From positions 1 through 61,926 of the IMG/VR virus record IMGVR_UViG_3300020042_007772: a stretch of 61,926 nucleotides of DNA; one strand, 5' to 3'. Below the pieces are notes generated by a model. It saw nothing but the letters and a program-made list of their open reading frames with translations, ran no database searches and was not told the origin of the DNA. Shown here one piece after another: positions 7,940 through 15,641 of this stretch (positions are counted from its first letter, which is position 1; every line of letters starts with the position of its first letter). The position numbers and the translations under genes were made by a program. This stretch comes from a virus. Taxonomy: Duplodnaviria; Caudoviricetes.

Positions 7940-8562
7940 AAAGCCCACAACATTATTTAGTAAAATTGGCACAAGAGTTCGAGAATCGGATTCTGGATGC
8001 AGATGGCAACGTACTTCTATGGTTGCCGGAATCAAACGCCGGGCGCAGGCTGTATGGCAAGGTTATAGCCGTACCGTATACGCAAAACGGACCGACATAC
8101 CCGACTACAGTAGAGTCGCTTAACTCTCAGGGGTACAATATGTCCTACATGGTTTGCACAACCAAGCGAGGCGGCACGGTATGGGGCTGGTCTGAGGCTT
8201 GCATCCGTGACCAGGTAAACATCGGTGACACGGTCTGGTTTGATCACCATGCCAGCGGAATAAGCAACTACATTGGTGACAATGTGCTGGCAATCCGGCC
8301 AACCAATATTCTGGTTCACGAGGGCAAACCATTTGCGGGTCGGGTATTTATTGAACCGGGGCAGGTGGAAAGTAGTATTATAATACCGGCACACCTGCAG
8401 AGACACCAGAACATCGGCACGGTGACAGAACTTGGTACTGCCCTATCGGGCGACGAATATGCCGTTTCTATTGGAGATCGGGTGTTATACGACAAGAACA
8501 ACGCCTTGGAGTTCGAGGGTCGGATACTGATTGCCAACGTAAAAATCCATGCTGTGTTATGA
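7936..8562 (+). CDS. GroES-like co-chaperonin with two GroES-like domains
   Basis: GKVIAVP...IGDTVWFDHH; PFAGRVFIEP...GIIIP-like segment...GTV..LG...IGDRVLY. Confidence 0.7.
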   Translation: MKSPQHYLVKLAQEFENRILDADGNVLLWLPESNAGRRLYGKVIAVPYTQNGPTYPTTVESLNSQGYNMSYMVCTTKRGGTVWGWSEACIRDQVNIGDTVWFDHHASGISNYIGDNVLAIRPTNILVHEGKPFAGRVFIEPGQVESSIIIPAHLQRHQNIGTVTELGTALSGDEYAVSIGDRVLYDKNNALEFEGRILIANVKIHAVL

Positions 8563-9011
8563 GAACGCCAAACAAGAAAGCTTTAGTAGTAGCCGGACCG
8601 TTATCCAGAGCGGACATTGAACGGAAGCTGCATACAATCCGGAAGCGGATGTTTCTCAATAATGCCCGCAGTATGGGGCAGAAGGATGTCCGGTGGAAAG
8701 ACTTTGTCAAGATGGGTGGCGAGGAACTGATGGACTACTTCCAAACGGCTTACATAGCCCGTGTGGCACGTATCCACCAGGATGGTCCGGCTACACGAGT
8801 ACCACGATGCCATGAGTGTTGGTTCTGGCGTAAGCTAGGGCCAAAGTGGGGTGAATGCGTGAACGAACGGCACGTAGCCGAGACGTTGGCTTTTGATCCC
8901 TACAAAGTGGATCCGTCAAAGTTGGACGAACTAGCATCATCATCGCCACGAGTCCGCAAGTATAGTTTTGGGTGCAATTTTGGAGTACGGAAAAGCGAAT
9001 TCAAGTTATGA
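8559..9011 (+). CDS. Hypothetical protein with possible Zn finger
   Basis: CHEC...GEC...FGC cysteine pattern. Confidence 0.65.
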   Translation: MRTPNKKALVVAGPLSRADIERKLHTIRKRMFLNNARSMGQKDVRWKDFVKMGGEELMDYFQTAYIARVARIHQDGPATRVPRCHECWFWRKLGPKWGECVNERHVAETLAFDPYKVDPSKLDELASSSPRVRKYSFGCNFGVRKSEFKL

Positions 9012-9433
9012 AAGATTTCCTAAAAGCATATTTTGCTCCAGAGAAGGGGCGGATAATAGATTGGGTTGAACGGGCCGAGTTGGCCGCAAAAGAAGTTGGT
9101 ATTCCGGTGCCGGACATGGCAGAAATCAGAGAGGAAGTTCGTGAATGGTTGTTTGAGAATCGGGCTTACCGGATGGAGGAATATTATACTGGCAGAGTGC
9201 TTATGAGCCAGAAGGCAGAGTCTGCCAGGAAACCAGTGGATGAGATGAGCGACAAATACGACCAGCTGTTTGTGGTGAAAACCAAAAACTTTACCGAGTT
9301 GCGTACGATAATCGATAGGGTTCTGGAACTGGAAAACGAATTATTTGGCGGAGACGAGACGCTAATTAAATTAGCGGAAGCTAAGTACAAGGGCAAAGAC
9401 ATTGACAAGAAAACATTTACTGTATTATCATAA
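9008..9433 (+). CDS. Helical protein, possible small terminase-like
   Basis: Start corrected to MKDFLK; C-terminal helices (KTKNFTELRTIIDRVLELENEL); function is inference only. Confidence 0.6.
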   Translation: MKDFLKAYFAPEKGRIIDWVERAELAAKEVGIPVPDMAEIREEVREWLFENRAYRMEEYYTGRVLMSQKAESARKPVDEMSDKYDQLFVVKTKNFTELRTIIDRVLELENELFGGDETLIKLAEAKYKGKDIDKKTFTVLS

Positions 9434-9657
9434 TGACACGACAAATCAAAGGCAAAATAGTCTACATGAGCGCCCCGGCTACTGGCATCAAACCGAACGG
9501 CCAGACGTGGACAAGTAGAGATGTTCAAGTCCAAGACGAAGATGGGGTTGTCTGGACGATGAAGGTTTACAAGGGGGCGATGGATGCTTGCCAGGTAGAT
9601 CAAGAGGTTGAACTAAACATTCGCATCACAGTTGATTTAATCAATTTGGTTAATTAA
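9433..9657 (+). CDS. DUF3127-like OB-fold protein (short)
   Basis: QIKGKIVYMSAPATG...GQTW resembles the N-terminus of 56446-56769 (QIKGIITHVGAVVTG...KGEW). Confidence 0.65.
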   Translation: MTRQIKGKIVYMSAPATGIKPNGQTWTSRDVQVQDEDGVVWTMKVYKGAMDACQVDQEVELNIRITVDLINLVN

Positions 9658-9670
9658 TAATTGGGACAGA

Positions 9671-9699
9671 GCCGCTTCATTGAGGCGGTCTTGTTTTTT
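9671..9699 (+). terminator. Rho-independent terminator
   Basis: GCCGCTTC-ATT-GAGGCGGT followed by CTTGTTTTTT. Confidence 0.6.
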
Positions 9700-9715
9700 A
9701 AAACACACACACACT

Positions 9716-10072
9716 ATGTTAATACGCACCATCGAACAAGGCAAGTACGCCATAATTCACCCCGACAGAGTTGTCTACGTTGAATCCCGACAAAACAACT
9801 GCATGATCCACATGATGGATGGCAAACAGATAGCCGTCTTCTCATCACTAGCTGCCATGCACCGCAAGTTTCCTACATTCCTGCGACCGTTGGTTAGCTA
9901 CCTAATTAATCCAGACCACCTGCGTGGCATACGGCATCACAAGGGCATACGGGTGACGGTGAAGTTTAGCAACGAGGAGAGTCTGGAGTTTACCCGAAGC
10001 AAAAAATATTATCCATCGTTCTTTTCCGCCCTCTCATCGAACTCTGGTAGTGAGGATGATAAAGAGGAGTAA
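9716..10072 (+). CDS. Stand-alone LytTR DNA-binding domain protein
   Basis: VVYVESRQNNCMIHMMDG...SL...FLR..VSYLINPDH; no receiver domain. Confidence 0.78.
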   Translation: MLIRTIEQGKYAIIHPDRVVYVESRQNNCMIHMMDGKQIAVFSSLAAMHRKFPTFLRPLVSYLINPDHLRGIRHHKGIRVTVKFSNEESLEFTRSKKYYPSFFSALSSNSGSEDDKEE

Positions 10073-10082
10073 TTTTACCGCT

Positions 10083-10325
10083 ATGACACATCAAGACCAC
10101 CACCTCCCCGACCTGAAGGCGTTCATTGCCGGACTAGGCGGAACATGGCCCTCAACTCCAGACGATGAACTTTCGTGGACTGGGGGCATAGACGAAAACC
10201 ATTTCGAAGGACCAGACGTCTTTATTGTTTGGACGTACAACAACTCCAGTACGTGGCCGGAGTTCATTCAGAACCTAAGAAACCACTGTAACGAAATATT
10301 AGATCAATGCACAACAAGTGTGTAA
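10083..10325 (+). CDS. Hypothetical protein
   Basis: ATG at 10083; fills the gap. Confidence 0.55.
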   Translation: MTHQDHHLPDLKAFIAGLGGTWPSTPDDELSWTGGIDENHFEGPDVFIVWTYNNSSTWPEFIQNLRNHCNEILDQCTTSV

Positions 10326-10335
10326 GTGGGTTTTG

Positions 10336-10343
10336 TATCTTTG
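10336..10343 (+). promoter_or_regulatory. -7 promoter element TATCTTTG
   Basis: TAnnTTTG 15 nt upstream of the metalloprotease ATG. Confidence 0.5.
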
Positions 10344-10358
10344 GGCAAAAAAATTAAA

Positions 10359-11621
10359 ATGAAAAAACTAATTATAGCATTAGTCCTAATCGGAGTATCA
10401 GCAGGATGCACAAAGCAAATGCCTGAAAGTGCATCATCCACCACCGATTCAACATTCGTTCCGCCTAATCTTGGGGATGATGAAGTTGAAGTGCATGAGG
10501 ATCATCCACGTTACCTTTCACGGGGTCAGGCTGAACCCAACTTCTGGGACCCCACTTATAAGTCAAGAAAAGTAATGAACGTCTACATTGAACTGGATTA
10601 CTCTTTGACAACCGCATGGGGTGCGAATGCCGATGCCAATCTGCAAAGGCTGTGCAATTCATCGTCTCAGATATTGGAGCGCATTGCAGGGCCGAAAATC
10701 AATCTGGTGAAGGTTAAGAAATGGACAACGCCCGATCCGTATGCTGTATATCAAGATGCAATGAGTGTCTTATCTAATTGGGCAAACGCCAATCCGTTGA
10801 AAAAAGACACATTCAATGTCTTTATTTCTGGTAAAAACTTTGGCGGTATTGCCTACATCAGCCGTGAGAATGTGACAACTGTCAAATACTCTGTGTGTGG
10901 GTTTGGTCAATCCATTCCGGGCGATGGGGAGTTTTACACCTATCCGGTGTATTGTTTCACCCATGAACTTCTTCATAATTTAGGCATCTCACACACGCAA
11001 AACTGTTGTGCCTGGAAGAGTCAAACAGGTGTATCATTGGGCCGTCTGGATAGTTGCTATTCGGCTGAGATCACCTGCTCACCAACGCCTGTAAATTGTT
11101 CAAGCACGACAAAAAGAATGTCGGGTGGATTGAATAGTTATTGCCACTTGTACAATACGATGCAGTACAACTTGCATCCTGTTGTTTTGCCCGTACTACA
11201 CAAATCTTTGTTCTACTCAAATCTGCCGGATTATTCAACCAATCCACCGCCACCACCACCAACCGGAACAAACACTTTTAGCATTGCCGGAACGCCATAT
11301 CAGCCCGGATACACAAGAGCAGACACGGCAAAGGCTGTTGATGGGAACGAGGCATCCAGATGGCTCACCGCAGGACCAACAACGCTTACATGGAACTTTG
11401 CTCAACCGGTAACACGGACACAGGTTTATTTGAGTTCAGGATTCCAGACCGGAAGCCCTAATCAGACATTGACGTTGACGGTGGATGGCGTGAATGTGCC
11501 GTTGGGATTTGATAAGAAAATTAAGTTTACCAAGGTTATCAACGTAACTGGGAAGCGGTTTGTGCTTACCACAACAGGAACAAGTAATATCAGTAGAATA
11601 TTTGAAGTTAGTTTGAAATGA
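10359..11621 (+). CDS. Lipoprotein zinc metallopeptidase (metzincin, M12/reprolysin-like) with C-terminal discoidin-like domain
   Basis: Lipobox VSAGC; VYIELDY; GGIAY; HELLHNLGISH; SYCHL; poly-Pro linker; KAVDGNEASRW. Confidence 0.85.
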   Translation: MKKLIIALVLIGVSAGCTKQMPESASSTTDSTFVPPNLGDDEVEVHEDHPRYLSRGQAEPNFWDPTYKSRKVMNVYIELDYSLTTAWGANADANLQRLCNSSSQILERIAGPKINLVKVKKWTTPDPYAVYQDAMSVLSNWANANPLKKDTFNVFISGKNFGGIAYISRENVTTVKYSVCGFGQSIPGDGEFYTYPVYCFTHELLHNLGISHTQNCCAWKSQTGVSLGRLDSCYSAEITCSPTPVNCSSTTKRMSGGLNSYCHLYNTMQYNLHPVVLPVLHKSLFYSNLPDYSTNPPPPPPTGTNTFSIAGTPYQPGYTRADTAKAVDGNEASRWLTAGPTTLTWNFAQPVTRTQVYLSSGFQTGSPNQTLTLTVDGVNVPLGFDKKIKFTKVINVTGKRFVLTTTGTSNISRIFEVSLK

Positions 11622-11643
11622 AAAAGTTAAAACTGATTAAGCC

Positions 11644-11856
11644 ATGACACACACAGAACAAGCGCAGGTAGACCTTGCACACGCATTGCTCAGTGCAATG
11701 AAGTCAAAAGGATGGAGCGTTAAGGATTTGTCCGTTGCGGCTGATGTTCCAAAAAGCGAAATTGAAGCCATCCTCAGAGGTGAGTTTGATTTCGGAATCA
11801 TTGGCAAGATTCAGGATGATTTGAACGAACAGATAATTGTAGTCAGGAAGCCATGA
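11644..11856 (+). CDS. XRE-family helix-turn-helix regulator
   Basis: AMKSKGWSVKDLSVAADVPKSEIEAILRG. Confidence 0.75.
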   Translation: MTHTEQAQVDLAHALLSAMKSKGWSVKDLSVAADVPKSEIEAILRGEFDFGIIGKIQDDLNEQIIVVRKP

Positions 11857-12035
11857 GAGGTTTTGTTGCTGCCTGTTTTTTGTTTTTTATGTGGGGAGTA
11901 GGAGCTGGAAGTCTTTGGATGGGAAACACGAAAGAACACCAAACCATCCGCAGCCACCATCGCCTAACGCCCCGGCTGGAACTGGTGATTGACTCAGGGC
12001 GGGTTGATACTATGTATGTTTATTCGAAACCTTAA
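11853..12035 (+). CDS. Small membrane-anchored protein
   Basis: N-terminal hydrophobic helix; C-terminal DTMYVY. Confidence 0.6.
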   Translation: MRGFVAACFLFFMWGVGAGSLWMGNTKEHQTIRSHHRLTPRLELVIDSGRVDTMYVYSKP

Positions 12036-12138
12036 ACGCCTCGAAAGGGGGAGTGGATGACTAAGACTGCCCCAATCGAATTAAAGCATTGACAACCCGG
12101 AAAGACGGGTATAAATATGGGTTATGAAAAGGCAAAAT

Positions 12139-12167
12139 GCCTCTGCTTTTGGTAGGGGCTTTTTTTT
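12139..12167 (+). terminator. Rho-independent terminator, abutting a TACCTTTG promoter element (12167-12174)
   Basis: GCCTCTGC-TTTTG-GTAGGGGC followed by T8. Confidence 0.65.
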
Positions 12168-12186
12168 ACCTTTGTCTTTTTAAATC

Positions 12187-12711
12187 ATGCCTAAACACGC
12201 CCCTCTGCCCTTCCACTTCTACGTGAACGTTAACAACGCCTTCCTTGGTCCCAATATGCCGGAGGGTGTCACAAAGGCCATCTGGCACGGCGTATATTGC
12301 CGGGAGTACCAATTGCTTTCCTGCCATGTTTTCCTTGAGAGCGGGGCGCATTGGAGTGGGCTGCCGCTTCACGCCATTTCCACCACCGAAACCTTTAGTC
12401 TGGGACCGGAGAAGCTGATGCCTTGGTGTGGGATGGGAGAAGAGATGGAAGCCGTGTTGATGCCGTTTCTGGAGGGGTTGGAAACAACCGCCAACGGTAG
12501 GCACACCGGAATTATCATTGACTGGAATGACGGCTATTCCCGATATCCTGCCGAACACAAGCCCCTTTCGTTGATAGCCTTGGAGTCTGGGCAGTTTGCC
12601 CTACTACCCAATAACTACATTACCTACAAGGAGAAGCACTTTGTTGATGATGCGGCAAAGGAGAACATGAAGCATTACCGCAGAGGCGAAGAGGTTTATT
12701 GGGAGAAATAA
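12187..12711 (+). CDS. Conserved-looking phage protein of unknown function (174 aa)
   Basis: Clean ORF with its own promoter element; LPLHA, EHK and GQFALLPNN motifs. Confidence 0.75.
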   Translation: MPKHAPLPFHFYVNVNNAFLGPNMPEGVTKAIWHGVYCREYQLLSCHVFLESGAHWSGLPLHAISTTETFSLGPEKLMPWCGMGEEMEAVLMPFLEGLETTANGRHTGIIIDWNDGYSRYPAEHKPLSLIALESGQFALLPNNYITYKEKHFVDDAAKENMKHYRRGEEVYWEK

Positions 12712-12712
12712 A

Positions 12713-12952
12713 CTATTCTGGCCCTTCCTTGGCTAGTTGAGTATTCCTGCCAATGAGAAACCACACGACACCGGTCACCATTGCTTCCAGTCCTTTGAGT
12801 AAGGTGGGATCAATTGGTGGGTGTGGTTGGTTTATAAAATACGGAGCGACAAACTGGAAGCCATAAAGCAAGAACAGGAGAACAAACAACCCATTCCTGG
12901 TAATCCGATCTCCTGCGTTGATTTTCTTCCCGTTGATGTCATTCGCCATCAC
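12713..12952 (-). CDS. Holin-like membrane protein
   Basis: Two hydrophobic segments; directly after the endolysin gene. Confidence 0.6.
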   Translation of the reverse strand: MMANDINGKKINAGDRITRNGLFVLLFLLYGFQFVAPYFINQPHPPIDPTLLKGLEAMVTGVVWFLIGRNTQLAKEGPE

Positions 12953-13383
12953 TATGGCGTTATCACTTTCAATTCAGTTTCGTCTTGATCACCGATTGCC
13001 AAGTGTACCCAACCAGGGGTTGCTGTGAATGATTCAATAATCCGGAAGGCGGTGTTCTTCACAATCCAATCACGGTTGTTCCAGACCAACTTAAACAGTT
13101 CAATCATTGGCAAACCTGGTGAATCAAAATCAACTGCCTTTCCCTCTTTATGTAAGGACTTCTTTGCCCCAACCTTTGAGTTCCTTGGACGCCATCCACG
13201 GTTCTGAAATGTACCACCAGAGTTCCAGTTGTTCACCCGAAGTGGTACGGCAAGCTGAACTCTCAGTTTTTGAATGCTGTCAATAAGATCTGGATGCAGC
13301 AATTCAATTGCCTTCTCGCCCATCTCTGTAAAGGCGGCTTGTGGCACCAGTTCTTGAAGCTGGAAGTGTTCTGAAACTTTCAT
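12952..13383 (-). CDS. Endolysin, peptidase M15A-like Zn peptidase
   Basis: SEHFQLQELV, RGWR, SLHKEGKAVD and WVHL zinc-ligand motifs. Confidence 0.87.
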   Translation of the reverse strand: MKVSEHFQLQELVPQAAFTEMGEKAIELLHPDLIDSIQKLRVQLAVPLRVNNWNSGGTFQNRGWRPRNSKVGAKKSLHKEGKAVDFDSPGLPMIELFKLVWNNRDWIVKNTAFRIIESFTATPGWVHLAIGDQDETELKVITP

Positions 13384-13682
13384 TTCACAATTGTTTTAAG
13401 CAGACTACCCCAGAACTCTCCACGTCTGGCAGACCGATCTCGCTTCCATTGTTTGTCGGCCACGATGCTGTCGTGCTTTATAGCCATGTTACCAATAAAT
13501 ATCAACCCAGATTCTACGGTATCAACCTGCTGCTCAAGTTGATCCATCCGTGTGTTGTTGTTGGTCTGAGCGTTCTCAAGAGTGACAAGGCGGTCGTCAA
13601 TATTGTCGAGACGGACTTGTGTGGCTTCGTCCGGTCCGCAGGAGAACAAGGCGAGTAGGAGAAGAGGAAATAGTGTTTTCAT
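13380..13682 (-). CDS. Coiled-coil lipoprotein, spanin candidate
   Basis: MKTLFPLLLLALFSC lipobox, heptad region, position in lysis cluster. Confidence 0.6.
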   Translation of the reverse strand: MKTLFPLLLLALFSCGPDEATQVRLDNIDDRLVTLENAQTNNNTRMDQLEQQVDTVESGLIFIGNMAIKHDSIVADKQWKRDRSARRGEFWGSLLKTIVK

Positions 13683-13829
13683 GGGATACAAAGTTCACAC
13701 TATTGGTGGAATATGCAAACTTGTCAAGAACTGGCAGAGGAATTATTCATTTCCTCTTATGCCATCGACTCAAGTACCAGAGAAAGACTTGAAGCATCCC
13801 CCAGATAATCCAGATGATAAGTGATAGCA

Positions 13830-14102
13830 CTATGCATCGCCTGTAAGCGGGGTGTTTGTGTCCAATTTTTTTATCTGCTTTCTGACGTGAACAATCCGCA
13901 ATGCCGTTAGGTAAATACCTAACAGTCCGGCTATAATACCTGTTGTTTGACCAACAACAACAAAGATTTCTGGAAACCAGAACCATGCTGCCATAACACT
14001 AAAGTCAAAACCAAGTAATGGCACGTCTTGACTAAATGCTTTGGTCCAATACTCTTTATTGATTGGACAAGTAAGGTGTTCTCGGATTGTTTTCAACATC
14101 AT
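13830..14102 (-). CDS. Membrane protein, holin/antiholin candidate
   Basis: Hydrophobic segments followed by a basic tail (VRKQIKK). Confidence 0.55.
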   Translation of the reverse strand: MMLKTIREHLTCPINKEYWTKAFSQDVPLLGFDFSVMAAWFWFPEIFVVVGQTTGIIAGLLGIYLTALRIVHVRKQIKKLDTNTPLTGDA

Positions 14103-14491
14103 TTAAAACCTAAAGATTCCCATGTTGTTTTCGGCCACGGCTCAATTCCTAAGAATCGACCAATCACTCGTTCTGGTGTAAGTTCAATACCACGGAAATG
14201 AGTGTTGCCAAGAGTGGTTTCCCATAGCTTGAGGAACTGCTCATCCGTCATATTAACATTGCGTGTCACAGCCCTCTCGCCAATGTTCTGCCCTCTCCAT
14301 TGGTGTACTTCCATAGACACATTCCATCCCTTCCACGGGTTCCATTCCATTACGCAGGCTCTGTTCCTAGATAAGTTTGGTATGGGGCAAGCCAAATGAC
14401 AAAGGATTGCCACCGCTTTCATTGGGCGAAAGAATTTCAGAAGCCAGTTGGTTTCTGGAACGTAGTAAATGGTGAGGGTAGCCTTGGTCAT
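14099..14491 (-). CDS. Hypothetical protein (130 aa)
   Basis: ATGA-coupled within the late block. Confidence 0.65.
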   Translation of the reverse strand: MTKATLTIYYVPETNWLLKFFRPMKAVAILCHLACPIPNLSRNRACVMEWNPWKGWNVSMEVHQWRGQNIGERAVTRNVNMTDEQFLKLWETTLGNTHFRGIELTPERVIGRFLGIEPWPKTTWESLGFK

Positions 14492-14856
14492 GATTCTACA
14501 GTTAAAACTGGCTCAAGTGCTTCAATTTGCCGGGCAGAAAATTTAATATTCTCGCCTTCAAAAGACAATACTTTCAAATCTAGTTCTTCTTCTTCTCCTG
14601 ACTCATCCCATTTTTTGTAGATAGAAGCGTCGGCCATAGCAGAGTAATACTTTATTTCAGCATCCTGATACTCTTCCTTCACCGGAAGTAGTTTCTTGTA
14701 CTCAGCTTTCATTTCTTCAGAGTATTTCTCCCCGATGGCTTTGAGGTGATCTATATTACGCTTAATCCGGTAGGCGGTGGTGAAAGATAATTCTTTGCTT
14801 CCTAGTTCGGTGAGGGCAAAATATAATTGCGCTGCTTTACTAATTTTTAAGTTCAT
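14488..14856 (-). CDS. Helical protein, probable tail fibre chaperone (DUF1617-like)
   Basis: KELSFTTAYRIKRNIDHL...EEEELDLKVL; downstream of the tail fibre gene. Confidence 0.6.
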   Translation of the reverse strand: MNLKISKAAQLYFALTELGSKELSFTTAYRIKRNIDHLKAIGEKYSEEMKAEYKKLLPVKEEYQDAEIKYYSAMADASIYKKWDESGEEEELDLKVLSFEGENIKFSARQIEALEPVLTVES

Positions 14857-14942
14857 GCTGATTTTTAGCTTTAACGCCCGAAATATACGAACATCCATCT
14901 AAACTAGACAAATAGTAACTTCAAATGCTTTTCCTTTGTGAT

Positions 14943-15641
14943 ATGAAACGCATTCTTATTTTACTTGCCTTCTTGCTGACAGGGTCGGTACAGGCACAAC
15001 GTGTATTGGTAGCCGGAACATCTATTGAATACGGATTAAAAGCCTCACACCCCGATAGTGGATGGGTTCCAAGGGTTAAGGTCGCACTAGGATGGCAGAT
15101 TGTAAACAAGGCAGTACCAAATGCTACCTATTTGGATAGCACCAACTACAAGCTAATCCCACAATTGCGGAGTCAGAAAGGTCAGCACTTCGACATTGTC
15201 ATTCTTGGAGGCCCAACCAATGATGCACAGTTGCCCTACGGAGGCGGCAAAAAAGTCCCAAGGGCTTATCAACGAGTAATTGATTCAGTGAAGCTATGGT
15301 GGCCTGATGCACTAATAATACACAATACACCCATTGCTTCAAGGCATCCACTGATTCCTCAAAGAACCTTAGATACTTTGATTACGCCTATGGTTGTCGC
15401 TCAAGGAGGGGTGGTTTGCAATTTCGCACAGTTACCTTCCATCATTCTTAGCCCAGATAGAATTCATCCAGATGATTGGGGATATGCAAGGATGGCTTCT
15501 GCATTTGTGGCATGGTGGAGAGGGAAAAGGGATGTGGTGATAAAAGAAAAGAGCCTCATTGACGAGGCTCCTATTGTTGAATTACGTGTTGGTAATCGGT
15601 TTGTAAGAAAGGCTATTAGGCAAGAATGCCAACTTGAATAA
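14943..15641 (+). CDS. Secreted SGNH/GDSL-family hydrolase
   Basis: Signal peptide (VQA-Q); block I VAGTSI; block III GGPTND; block V DRIHP. Confidence 0.85.
   Translation: MKRILILLAFLLTGSVQAQRVLVAGTSIEYGLKASHPDSGWVPRVKVALGWQIVNKAVPNATYLDSTNYKLIPQLRSQKGQHFDIVILGGPTNDAQLPYGGGKKVPRAYQRVIDSVKLWWPDALIIHNTPIASRHPLIPQRTLDTLITPMVVAQGGVVCNFAQLPSIILSPDRIHPDDWGYARMASAFVAWWRGKRDVVIKEKSLIDEAPIVELRVGNRFVRKAIRQECQLE

Noticed and set aside
12036-12110. Hammerhead or other self-cleaving ribozyme
   Set aside because: No CTGANGA core paired with GAAA in the required arrangement
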